From contig NMRA01000198.1 in the NCBI GenBank assembly GCA_002633005.1, forward strand, positions 435,282 to 499,281: DNA of 64,000 nt, in the 5' to 3' direction. The position numbers and the translations under genes are program-made. The DNA comes from Phoronis australis. Taxonomy: Eukaryota; Animalia; Phoronida. Below the pieces are notes generated by a model that saw only the letters and a list, made by a program, of their open reading frames with translations, had not been told where the DNA came from and did not search any database. Of this stretch, positions 35,401 through 47,000 are shown in pieces (the stretch's first letter is position 1; every line of letters begins with the position of its first letter).

Positions 35401-38400
35401 ATGATTTTCAGCCTAATAACTATTTTTAATAAAATGGTGATACCTTCACATACCAGAAGATTTGAAGAGACGTTTACTACGTAAGCCAACACTAGTGTGT
35501 ATTATCTTACTCATATGGAGTATGTGTCTGCGCGAAAATAGTTCATTTTCGTGATTTTGCTTGGTAGATCGCGCTTTTGTAAACATGAACTCCGTCGGCA
35601 TACCAGCCAGAACGTCTTTGTTGATTAGAATTGATTCCCTCTGACATCAAGGGAAATAACTTTGATAGTTCGCTGATATTTGAACGAGCAGTTCAAAAAT
35701 GAAGTGGTTAATTAGGAAAAAACACTATTTACTTGCAAAAGTTGATCAACAATGATCAATATTATGACATTCTAGCTTGTGAAATCGTCGTTAATTGTGA
35801 CAGAAGTCTCACCAGATCTCGCCTAATCACGCCCTCTCGGCGAGTTTTGGAAAGGTGACTATGCCATGCGCATAAGAGTACAGGCTAGTGTTCTCGGGCA
35901 TAAATATTGAAGAGAAACAAAACAAAAATCAGTACCTAGGGTAAAGTATCACCAATCAAGAGCACAATATTGATGACAAATTAAATTTTATGTTGGAATC
36001 CTCTTTTTCATAGATTAGCACTCAATTAATGCTTTACCATTTGCAAGTTTTGAACCACAGCTATAATCATGCATTATCTGGAAGATTTGTGGCCATTCAC
36101 TTCAATATCTGAAGCCCTTTAAAAATGACAAAAACAGCAAAATTCTATTTGAAATTGGTGAGATTTTCTGTTATTGTGTTATAACCAAATTTGCATAGAC
36201 AAAAAGTAGTGTGCAATACAAGAGTTTTTCCCATGGAAATGTCCGAATTTGTATAGTGTGAGGTGTGTAGTTTAACTCAAACAGTTGTAGACAAATATCG
36301 ACGATGTTTTCTGGAGGGGATAAAAATGAGCCAATCAATATATGAAGATTTACACTCACAGACTCCATTGTGGGCATCTCTACTAGTGAATTCTATCGTG
36401 CCATCGTGAGCCTTCTTAGGGTCTTCTTTGTATTCTCTGTGTTTGCTGTCAATGATGTATTTGGTGGCCAATCCATAGTCGACTACAAATACCTAGACAG
36501 GTGATGCAAACAATTAACTTGGGTAAAATAGAACATAGAGAAAGTCTTGGTATAAGAAGATGTAATGCCTTAGCTATGTTCAGTTTCAATTTGAATGCGT
36601 TTTATACAACAAAGGAACAATTTTACTGAGACAAACGCAAAGTTCAGATTGTGCACATGTCTACTGAGTGCACGAAATTCTTGAAACTCTTCCTACGATT
36701 TTCAATTCTTGTGACTAGAGAAATATGTTTTACGTACCAACAGCACAATTTGACTTGTTACAGCACAGGCGATTAAAAAAAAAAGGATTCGCGAAACACT
36801 GCACTGGCAAAGTTTGCACATAACACAACTTAGACTGAAATTTCATGACTGGCAGGCTCTTAAAAAACCATACGCACTAATCCCTGTGTTTGGTAGTGAC
36901 AGTCATGCCTATACAAACAGTTACCATAGAGTAAAGATCATAGCTATTGATTGACATGACCTACAAGGCTTGCTACATCTAAGCCAATACACAATTTAGA
37001 CTGTACAGGTTGATCAGACAATAAGCAATCCCTGTGGTTTTGCCTCAGATACTGCCCGTAATAATCAAAATAAGACCACAATTTACACTTACAGCACACG
37101 AAATAATGAAAATCAGTCAGTTTACCTGGTTTGATGTTGCCTTAGAAAAACCAAGCAATAGATTGGATGCCTTAATGTCAGCATGTACGTAATCCTTAGA
37201 GTGGATGTACTCCAGCGCATTCAACTGGAAAATGTAAGAAAAGATGAACGGAATACTAACTACTGAATCTTATGAGTACGCTTTTGGTATGAGAAATAAA
37301 TATAAAACCAACATTTTATCAGTCAAAGGGCCCACATCAATTAAAATTTGCTTTTCAGTCTGTAAAGGAATAAACAAATAACACACTTGTGAATAAAATA
37401 ACCTAGTTATATTTCAAACTACTAAAAAAACAACTAAAATTATACACTGTTATTAACACAGCAAATTTAAGAGCAAGAAAAGATTATACAGATAAACAGA
37501 AACAGGAATTTACAGCAAATAAACAAAAAAAACAAACAAATTTCTTACATTTCAAANACACAATTTAGACTGTACAGGTTGATCAGACAATAAGCAATCC
37601 CTGTGGTTTTGCCTCAGACACTGCCTGTAATAATCAAAATAAGACCACAATTTACACTTACAGCACACGAAATAATGAAAATCAGTCAGTTTACCTGGTT
37701 TGATGTTGCCTTAGAAAAACCAAGCAATAGATTGGATGCTTTAATGTCAGCATGTACGTAATCCTTAGAGTGGATGTACTCCAGCGCATTCAACTGGAAA
37801 ATGTAAGAAAAGATGAACGGAATACTAACTACTGAATCTTATGAGTACGCTTTTGGTATGAGAAATAAATATAAAACCAACATTTTATCAGTCAAAGGGC
37901 CCACATCAATTAAAATTTGCTTTTCAGTCTGTAAAGGAATAAACAAATAACACACTTGTGAATAAAATAACCTAGTTATATTTCAAACTACTAAAAAAAC
38001 AACTAAAATTATACACTGTTATTAACACAGCAAATTTAAGAGCAAGAAAAGATTATACAGATAAACAGAAACAGGAATTTACAGCAAATAAACAAAAAAA
38101 ACAAACAAATTTCTTACATTTCAAATGATTCCAAGAGCAACACTGAACTCCATTCCTTGGTTTAGGTATTGACACAAGACACTTCACAGTAACATTTATA
38201 GCCGCAGAGACCCATACAGAAGAAAATATTGCTTTATAATTCAAATAATCTAATAAGATTGATAAAGAACAAAGAAAACAAAAAACACACGACAAATTAC
38301 CTTACATATCAACTAATGACACACAACAACAGAACATGAATATTTGGTCTTTCCGAAACCAACAAAAGCAGATTCTAATAATGGACAAAAACTGAAAAAC

Positions 38401-41400
38401 AAAATGACATATTTCACAAAAGTCATAAACCAACCTACAATTCTGATGGCAAGCATGGCCACAGTTTTTTGTGGAAAAGATCGATTGCTTTCCACGAAAT
38501 GTTTTTGTAGATCTGTGCTGAATCTTTCCATCACCATAAATCGGTACTTGGTGTTACCAAGTTGGTGAGATCCTGATCCTATGTATTCCGGCACTCCGAG
38601 AGACTTCAGTTTTTTTTCTTCCTTCCATTTTGAGACTGTAAATTACAATAAATACACAAAATGTACCAAGAGTGGCGTAGATAAAGTAATATCCCACTCG
38701 ACATAATTCCTTCAGTTTTGGTCGACGCGCGGAATAATGTCGAGTGGGACATTACTTCATCTACGCCAGTCGAGATATGCTTTGTATTTATCCCATCCCA
38801 TATGCTTCGAATTCTTAAGTTTCTTTCATTTTTTGGGTAAAATTTTTCAAATACTTCACCCAGACTGTTCACGTGGTATATGTATAATTACTATGTACTT
38901 GCGCAATAGGTTGCAAGTTTTCTCCACAAGTAAAAGTTTTAAATGTAACGATTTATAACCGGTACTTGAAGAGATAACATAGATGAAAACAACGGCAAAT
39001 GTGACATGTACGCACTGTTTAAGTAGTCCCAGAAGTGCAATAAGGAAAACAATATCACATAGCAGTATTGCACTTGACTTATTAAACGCGTACGGGATAA
39101 ATATCATAAACATGTCAATGCTCCTCGTATTGTTTGCATGACTTTGTGTACTATGAAAACACAAACTTGCAAATAATGTCAATGTGTTACATACTATTGT
39201 ATATCGCATTAATAAAAAGATCAGATTATTGCCAAAGTTATTAGCCTTGACCACAACTATAAAACAGCAAAGTCCGTGATTTGGTGATTTTATTACAAAT
39301 TCTTGTAAAACATTTGCTGACATCAAGTCCATTGTCTTACCTTGCTACTTAGCACATGGAATTTGGCTCAGCAGAGTGTTTGACCGCTATTTTAATTTAT
39401 TTATCCTTCAATTTCAGATTGGACATTGATATTTCAAATTTCCATATTCCAGGCTTTATCGTTAATTTTCAAAATGAAAGTTGAATTAAAAAGCTACACA
39501 CGGACCTGACTTTTTTGTTTAACGAAAATTAGAAATTCGCGTAAAATCCCACCAGTAGAGAGACTTTTTGATAACCTCACTTTAAAATGCCAGTTTGACT
39601 GACACCGACTTTCTGATATTTGTGACATTATATTTCACCATCCTGGGCATTCACTTGTACAAACACAGAAAAACGTTTGATCCTAATGCCAGCATAGTGA
39701 AACAAACTACATGACATACTTAACCACCAAAGTCACAACTAACTAACAATTCAGCAATTATGACCCAACTATTAAACTTTATAGGCACACTCACGCAAGA
39801 AAAGATGTTGCAGGCACTAAAATCGGTGACATTGATACAAGCAGCTTCATCATACTTTTGAAAAACATTAATACTAAAAATTTTTGAAATATTTTACTAA
39901 ACCATTGCTAGTAAATGTATCTGATGTGATGTGACCACTTTTACATAATCAAGCAGACACATGTGGAAACTCATTCGTTTTAGGCCAAAACAGAAGCAAG
40001 AATTTCAAGATGAGCGTCGGATCAACATGTATTTATTTACGTACGCGCTCATCTTAATTGTCTAATGTAAAAAAAGGGCTTACTGAGTTCAGGCTTGGCG
40101 ACTCTCTGATAGAAGTGAACTTCACAGAATAATGGTCCATTCGTATGTGGTTCCTGGGTTCATAGAAGACAGACACATTTAAACGAGATCAACCCAAAAC
40201 ATTTGTATACATACAATCACCCATACTTACACTGCAAATGGTATGCCAATCAAGGGAGATAATACTTTTAGACTACTTCACCACTTTGATTAAAATGTCA
40301 TCAAAGATGAAAATCAAGGGATGAATATCAACATATTATGTCTTTGTGTCAGGTTTGGTCAAAATCTGACAAGCCATTTTGACAATAAACCAAAACACAA
40401 ATCCCAATAGACAATTAAAATGGCCAACAGGGGGTGGTACCACTCAAATTTGTGCAAAAATCATCTAGTGGCTGCACCTACCTGCCATATATCTCTGAGT
40501 CAATTTCGTAAAAATCTATTCAGCTGTTTTGACCATACTTGACGAACAAGCAACATCTTGTCAAAATAAAAAAGGCCAAAGACAATCTTGTTTCTAATCT
40601 CTTTCACATATATCCTTGTATCAAAACTTTTCAAAATGTCGAGCTATTATTTATGACAATAATCGATAGACAAGGAAACTAGCTGAAAATTATAATTGGC
40701 AACAGAGTATGCTCAGGTATTTGACATCATCTGAAAAGCAACTGGTGCTAGCACATTTCAACCACACACTTCTGCTTTCAGTTACAGCAAAATTTGTCAT
40801 GTCCTTTTGCTAAAAATTGACAGACAATGAATTTCTCACCTAAAACCACCAACAGGGGGTGCCACATTAGTCGCATGTGTCCAAAACTGAGAAGAACCAG
40901 CATGGTCCAACTACATATCTTTGCATCAAGTTTCAACAAAATTCCTTCAATCACTCCGCCAATAATTGACAGACAAAGAATTTCGTGTAACAAGCTGCAG
41001 GAACCAATAGGGGGTACCATAATAGTTGAATCTGTATGAAAATCAACCGTTATCAACAAATTCTCATCATATACCTTCGAGTCAAATTTCGACAAAAATG
41101 CATAAAGTCTTTTTGTCAAAATTTGATAGAAAAAGAATTTCTTGTCGGAAACTGAAACACCTAACAGGGGGTACCATGGATGCCATATCACATATCAGTC
41201 CAAAAGTCGACTGTTGCCAGCACATACCTGCCAACTAACTCTAGGCCACATTTCCTAATGTTACATCGAGTGATGTTTGACAAACTGGATGCAGAACTAA
41301 ATGTCACCACAGAATTTTTAGTTAGTGGAAAAAAACATGCATAATACCTCACGATATTGGACAGAAGTATGAAAAATGAATTGCCATACTTCCTCTAACA

Positions 41401-42889
41401 TATATAACTCTTGGTAGCAAAAATCAGTTTGAACATATTGAAATTTGCCTCAGCCATTAGTGGACAGCATACACAATTAAACGGACAAAAGGACAAATTT
41501 ATTATTTTTTCAAAAGTATATGCAACTGAAAATTTTGAAGAGTCAAAACAATAAATCCTACATTGGCAAATATAGGACATTACTAGGGATTGCCCAAACA
41601 CTAAATGTCACACTGTCATTCTCCCTTGTGTCCAGAGGGGGACCTATGTCCTCCCATGTCATACTGCAAATGACATATAAAACAATCCATGTACTTACAC
41701 ATTTCACAACATGTTCAGCAGTTTGACTCACGGGATTTGTTGTGTCTTGTGAAGCTGCAATACGATTGTGAATCACTTACAGTTTAGTGCTTTGGATGAC
41801 TCTTGAATGCACATGCCAACAAACCCTCCATACTAATGGTAACAATAAAATGCTGATTAGCTCCTGCACAGAGCACATTTGTCTGCAGCATAATGTATGT
41901 GTTCGTAAGGTGCCACATTTCAAAATGGAACAATTCTGGGGCCTGTTCCAAGAAACTGACTTAAGTTCATTTCTGACTTAAGTTTAAGCTTTGTCTTAAC
42001 TTCTAAACTTTGAAACTTCCACATTCGGTAAATTATTCAAAATTAAGACAAAACTTGTGTCAAACACTTAAATCAAACTTGAGATCTCTTTCTTGAAGTG
42101 GTTTTTAGACAAATTTAACTTTTATTTTAAAATTTACTAAAATTTAAGATTTGACTTAGCTGTCAATTTTGTTGGAACGGATCCTTGTTCTCTACACCCT
42201 AAAAATAAGCTGTAACAACCACAGCAAATGACAGATTAATAGCACTTGAATTTTTTTTTAACAAAAAGTTTAACAGACGTATCTCAAGAAAGTTTATCAG
42301 AAAGTTGTGTTAAACATTTTGTTCCATCTATACTTCATTCACATATTTTCTCTAATTAGAAGCAGTCTAATCTCACAACAGGTGTCACTTTGTACAGTAA
42401 TTCTCCCAAGGTCATGGCACTTATAAGAAAAAAACAAAGCAAAAAACAAATTCAATAATATTGACATTCACATTTGCCAGATTGCAGAAAAAACATCCTT
42501 GAATTTAAAATGTACCACAAAGAAAGCAATCTGGCCAAGTTAAGATAAAAAATTTATTTTCAAGAAGGCTTATTAAAATGCAGGCAAAATTTCTTCTTCT
42601 GATTCACGCAATCAAACAACTGTCTTGGAAATTTCTAAAGCAAGAATTTAGCATCTGGAATCATCTCACAATTCCACAAGTACAATAAAAAATCAAGACA
42701 CGTACCAAGGTAAATCAAACCAAACCCGCCAGATCCAATAGGAGGACCAATTCTCCATTGCCTCTTGAGAATGTCTGTCAGAATTTCTCCTTGAGGGAGT
42801 GGGTCAGGCAGCTTGTGATTAAACTTCGCTGGTTTTGCTTTCTTAGGTTTGACATCACTATTTTTGCCACTTGCTGATCGTTTAGGCAT
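29304..42889 (-). CDS. VRK1: Vaccinia-related serine/threonine kinase (VRK1/VRK2 pro-orthologue), complete gene, 11 coding exons, about 556 aa
   Basis: complement join(42889-42706,41754-41699,40153-40084,38635-38439,37793-37695 [or duplicate 37224-37126],36492-36360,34977-34854,34114-34056,31641-31478,30521-30047,29413-29304) = 1671 nt, all GT-AG. Motifs [53 protein letters not shown] and [12 protein letters not shown] are diagnostic of an active VRK-family kinase. Confidence 0.95.
30047..30521 (-). CDS. VRK1: VRK coding exon 10 (Lys/Ser/Pro-rich tail with internal 67-aa duplication)
   Basis: In frame after TTACAG acceptor: [21 protein letters not shown]...; donor AAG|GTAGTA at 30046. Read-through reaches a stop at 30021. 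Confidence 0.85.
30938..31248. mobile_element. TTAA-flanked MITE (Kolobok/piggyBac-type target site)
   Basis: TTAA at 30934 and 31249; imperfect TIRs gggacgat / atgtcctt; internal segment 31080-31140 is clearly similar to 32293-32353 in the next intron. Confidence 0.45.
31478..31641 (-). CDS. VRK1: VRK coding exon 9
   Basis: [46 protein letters not shown]...; TTTTCAG acceptor, GTAAGT donor. Confidence 0.92.
34056..34114 (-). CDS. VRK1: VRK coding exon 8
   Basis: [19 protein letters not shown]; CCCTAG acceptor, GTGAGC donor. Confidence 0.9.
34854..34977 (-). CDS. VRK1: VRK coding exon 7
   Basis: [40 protein letters not shown]; TTTCAG acceptor, GTAGGT donor. Confidence 0.94.
36360..36492 (-). 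CDS. VRK1: VRK coding exon 6 (DYG and activation loop)
   Basis: [44 protein letters not shown]; CTAG acceptor, GTGAGT donor. Confidence 0.95.
37126..37224 (-). CDS. VRK1: VRK coding exon 5, duplicate copy B (probable assembly duplication)
   Basis: Same 33-aa peptide, one synonymous difference, inside a 568-bp duplication joined by a single N. Confidence 0.6.
37695..37793 (-). CDS. VRK1: VRK coding exon 5 (catalytic loop), copy A
   Basis: [33 protein letters not shown]; TTTCCAG acceptor, GTAAAC donor. Confidence 0.9.
38439..38635 (-). CDS. VRK1: VRK coding exon 4
   Basis: [46 protein letters not shown]...LAIRI; TACAG acceptor, GTAGGT donor. Confidence 0.93.
38648..38791. repeat. Short palindromic (hairpin) element
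   Basis: 38-bp arms 38673-38710 and 38731-38768 with 3 mismatches, 20-nt spacer, weaker outer extension. Confidence 0.85.
40084..40153 (-). CDS. VRK1: VRK coding exon 3
   Basis: [23 protein letters not shown]; CCCAG acceptor, GTAAGC donor. Confidence 0.93.
40280..41300 (-). mobile_element. DINE/HINE-like degenerate tandem array (same class as 13040-14480, opposite orientation)
   Basis: Recurrent acagggggt(a/g)cca and tcaa(g/a)tttc...aaaa motifs at about 150-170 bp spacing. Confidence 0.45.
41699..41754 (-). CDS. VRK1: VRK coding exon 2
   Basis: (A)[18 protein letters not shown] containing the catalytic Lys; TTGCAG acceptor, GTAAGT donor. Confidence 0.9.
41938..42184. mobile_element. MITE with about 22-bp imperfect TIRs and TTAAG-rich interior
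   Basis: ggggcctgttccaagaaactgac ... gtcaattttgttggaacggatcc; many (c/t)ttaag subterminal repeats. Confidence 0.55.
42706..42889 (-). CDS. VRK1: VRK coding exon 1 (Gly-rich loop)
   Basis: MPKRSASGK...[18 protein letters not shown]; donor G|GTACGT; an acceptor just upstream (about 42904) implies a 5'UTR exon. Confidence 0.93.
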
Positions 42890-43369
42890 CTTCTTTGTCT
42901 AAACTAGAATACAAAAAACTATGAATTCATTAAGTTTCTGAGGTTATATGAGCTTAAAATGCAACACAAATGACAGATAGATTGATTAGGGTCTCTGTGT
43001 GAATTTCGTGCCTTAGCCTTACAAGTGTTTACTTGCAAGTTTACAGCCTCAAAAGAGAGAAAGAGTAAAATATGGATTAATTTATTAAAAGTTCATTAGT
43101 GATCACAGGAGTCCAAGGTTCACTGCCCGAGATCCCATCTACTTCAGTCTTAGCGGCCCTTAGCCAAAGATTTAGGCTAATCTTCTTTCCAAGAAATACT
43201 ACATTCCTGATGCTGATGGGAGTCTGTCGTAACACTGGCACTCTCATTAGTCGCTCAACCTGGCAATACAGTATATCTAAATTACAATATTAAGTCGAGC
43301 AGCTGATAAGAATGCCTGTGGTCACAGGCACTGAAGTGCATGACCGTCAATTATCAATGAACACAACTT

Positions 43370-43770
43370 CCCCGGACCAAGGCGGAAGTGGAAGGGTCAG
43401 AGAAAGAGAACACAAATGAAAATCTTGCAATGATGATTTTTAAGCAGTATAGTATTTATCGAGCGCACGCTAAATTGTGAAAGCGTGAGATCTCATTACC
43501 TATCGTAATGTCACGAACATTACCCAAACAAAATTTTGATGATCAATATCTTCATTCATAAATGGCCGCCAGGAAGTGGTTACCTATATAACGATAAAAA
43601 TGATTGGATAAACAATTCAACCGTGGCCAATCAGCAATTTCTAAACATCGGATTCAGAAATGTCATGCGCAGTGTGTTATAGAAAAATGGCGTCATGAGA
43701 CATGTAAATATTTGAGTGTCCACTACTTTGGAAGTCAATTGCATAGCTCGGATGCATCTTAAGCTTGAAA
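43370..43770. promoter_or_regulatory. Bidirectional promoter VRK / PPP1R37, with probable VRK non-coding first exon
   Basis: ETS GGAAGT at about 43384 and 43572; YY1-like AAATGGCCGCC at about 43560 and AAAATGGCG at about 43684; ATTGG at 43603 and CCAAT at 43627; NRF1-like CATGCGCA at about 43664; minus-strand donor AG|GTAATG at 43499. Confidence 0.65.
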
Positions 43771-44053
43771 ATGTCCGAAGAAATCGTAACCGAAGTACAG
43801 CCACGTCAAGACGATTGCGTAGCTCTTGATAATTTTGACGTGGATCCGGATACGGACGCGGCAGATGCTGAAGAAACTGATCAAGGAAATGAGAACGAAT
43901 CTGCAGACAGCTTTCCGAGTGGGTCAACACCCCCTCAGGAAAATTTGGAAGAGATTCCAGAGAACAATGTGTTCAATAAAAAACGAGTTAGCTTTCCGGA
44001 AACACTCATAATTAGTTACCTGGAACCACCTGATCCGTGGTCATGGAGACATG
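43771..44053 (+). CDS. PPP1R37: PPP1R37 coding exon 1
   Basis: MSEEIVTEVQ...NKKRVSFPETLIISYLEPPDPWSWRH; donor G|GTTGGT, phase 1. Confidence 0.88.
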
Positions 44054-47000
44054 GTTGGTTGCTTTTGTCATTTTACAGCACTGATTTTCCTTTTTGGTAT
44101 TTTTCTGTTTGAGCTGCAGCCACCATGATTACCGTACAGTACTGCTTCATATTAATTTTCACCTGGCAAATTGATTCTTAACTTTACAAAGTTGTTAAAA
44201 GCTCTAGAAAACTTCACCTGCTTCATTTCATCTGTGCGCATTTCTCATTAAGGATTGGCATTATCTCGGCGAAGGTGAATGAAGGGCAGTTTGATGTGGT
44301 TTTTGACTTGTGAATTGTTCACTTGACTGACTATGAGGTCTGTGCCCAGTTTACCAAATGAAACATCCAGTGGCATAACCAATTAGACCAAGGAGTATTT
44401 TCCCTAAAGACCATTTCATTGAATTGAAGCATATTGTCAGCTTTTGGCAGCTGTTTTGTGTTGTATTTAAGTGTGTGGCAAAGGTCTCTGTTATTGGTGG
44501 CATTGGTGGTCCCTGGTATTGAGAACAGTTTCATTAGTGATTGCCTTGTTCTTACACAATCAGGAACCATCAAAAGGGGACATTGATGAGATTGTTGTGG
44601 ATGTAATAGCTTCGTAAATAAAGTTCTTTCTGAAATTGCCAAGTGGCCCAAGGGATTTTACATGTAGGCAGATAGTGACCTGATAGAGACCTGGATTTTT
44701 TTTTGCCCATTGTACAGAGCAGTTGACTGATGTCCATGGCTCATGTGATCTCAGGAATGGCAGATTTTTTGATGCGTATTAGGAAGTCTTTAAAACTTTG
44801 AATAAATATTCTCAGCACAAAACCTTGTGTATAAGCCAGCCCTCGGCCAAAAGGTGATCCCTTATTGTTGAAGAGTTGGCCTCACATTGTTCCTTACTCA
44901 GATTAGAGGTGATCTCTGGTCTTGGGAGGGATTTCATTTTTGTGTTGGGAAAAATCAATGACGTTCAAGTATTAGTCATTTCTATTCATTTTGAATTTTT
45001 GTACATTTGATTTTGAGTGATTAGACTGTTTTAGGCTTTGAGGAACACAGTAGTAATCAAATCAGTTGTTACAAAGGGAAATGGTCTTATTTAATATTTT
45101 GGACTAAAACGTAAGAATTGTGCTCATTTTCTGACTGGTGTCAGTGGCTCCAAGTTGGCAAGACCCCTGAATTCTATAGAAAGTTTGCCTCGTATAGGGC
45201 AAGATTTCGTGAATTGCATAATTGGTAAACCATTGGAAATCACTAAGATCTCTTGTCTTCCTACCCATGCGAAATGATGTTAGTAAAGATCAGTGGCTGT
45301 TGAGGCTAACTCCTCCCTGTAAGGTCATCTGGTACGCATGTTGAGTGAATCACAACACAGTTACCATCAAATCTGGGTCAAATGATAAGGTCCATAAACA
45401 AACCATTGGTAGTGACCTACTGTTTCTCTGTTAACTGTCCCTAATAGCAGTCAGAGGATGACCCTAATAACTTAGGATGCTTCATCATCAGTCTTATGCT
45501 TTGAGAATGTTGTTTTTTATCATTGCATGATAATATATTTAAGAAATAACTACATTGAGTTTTTTTGTCTGTTTAATTTGGAAGTCTGGAACTTGTCAGG
45601 AAAAGGTGAAAATTATACAATTTATTTGCAGTCGAATGTCTAATTTAGATTCAAAGATTGTTTTTCCTCGTGACTTGTTCAATACATTTTAGTATTTAAT
45701 AAGTTCATGTTTTTTTCATTATTTTTGAAATTCATGTATATGACTGTTGTTAAGAAAACTTTCATCCAAATCTCGTCTAGTAAAAGTGTGTGAGAAATGT
45801 GCTTTGTGGAATCCTTCCAAGGGTTTTGTATACGTCCATCATTCATGTTGCATGTTAATCTTTAGCGTTCTCCAATTAATAGTTGGTAGACCTGTCTATT
45901 TCTGTGATCTACTACCAAATGTTGAACTTGGCTGTAGTCAGTGCCTGTTTACCTGGGATTCATATTAGTTTCAATTTATTTACTTACCAACAGGATATCA
46001 TGCTGTGTTTCCCAGGCATTCCAAGTTGATGAATTTTCAACTGCAGTGATAAACAGCAGTTTTGAAAAATTCTGCTCAGTAGCACAAGTCATGCTTAAAT
46101 TATTAATTGATCACGTGAATTTGTGAAAGGCATGGAAATAATGTGTAAACTAGAATTGGTTGTATGGCATATCCTGTCCATTGTGAACATTGACCTTTCT
46201 GATCCCATTCAACATGAGATATCAATTCTTTAGATGCTTTATCATTCATTTCCTTGGAAAAGTCAAGCTGCACAGGTTATCAAATGGACCAGATCATTGA
46301 AACTGAAAGTGAGGCATTGAAATCTGATAAATATGTATTCAGATGTCTTGATGTAATAATGTCGGTCAAGGATTGTGTTTAGGTGATGTTTATATGTTTG
46401 AAGTGTTGGCCTGTGGGTGTTTATTCCTGGCATTCTTTGCAGTTGTACTTGACTTGTGGTCAAACAAATAAACAGCTAGTTTGGTGGTCTGAGTCCTTAG
46501 TGATGTAGAGTTATCATGAATTCTGGGACTGTCTCATAAAAAGTGACTTAAGTCTTGAGACCAACAATTAAAATTTAAGAGCGAAGACGGAAATTCTGAA
46601 AAGCCCCTTTCCAGAACACAAATTCAGTTTTCAGTCTTCAGATGAAAGTTAAGTCAGTTTCCATTATGAATTGACCTTGCTAATTACACTTTCTCTACCT
46701 GTTGCGGAATGACAAAACTTAGCGAGTTGATGTGTGAAATTCATTATCATGAGCATTCATGGTTTTTAAATTGGCGTTTATTTTGCAACATGGAGGTGCT
46801 GTGAGTATTATTGGAATCTTGTTTACCTGAGGAGGTACTGACATTGCTGGAAAATAACTCATTTGTTGGAACTAGCTTCCTATACATGTCTGTGATTGTC
46901 GCTGGTGCTGCTATCTTTCTGTGTCGGTGAGTGGTATCAAATCAGTCCGCGTTTGTCTTTCAGTTGTGCCTTGCACTCACGACCAGGTGTTGAACGCCTA

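Larger units (their letters stand above)
36989..38125. repeat. 568-bp tandem duplication separated by a single N (probable haplotype/overlap artefact)
   Basis: 36989-37556 vs 37558-38125, N at 37557, three C/T differences seen. Confidence 0.95.

Noticed and set aside
46263-46463. Possible Penelope-like element fragment
   Set aside because: Only vague peptide resemblance; no RT or GIY-YIG motif visible.
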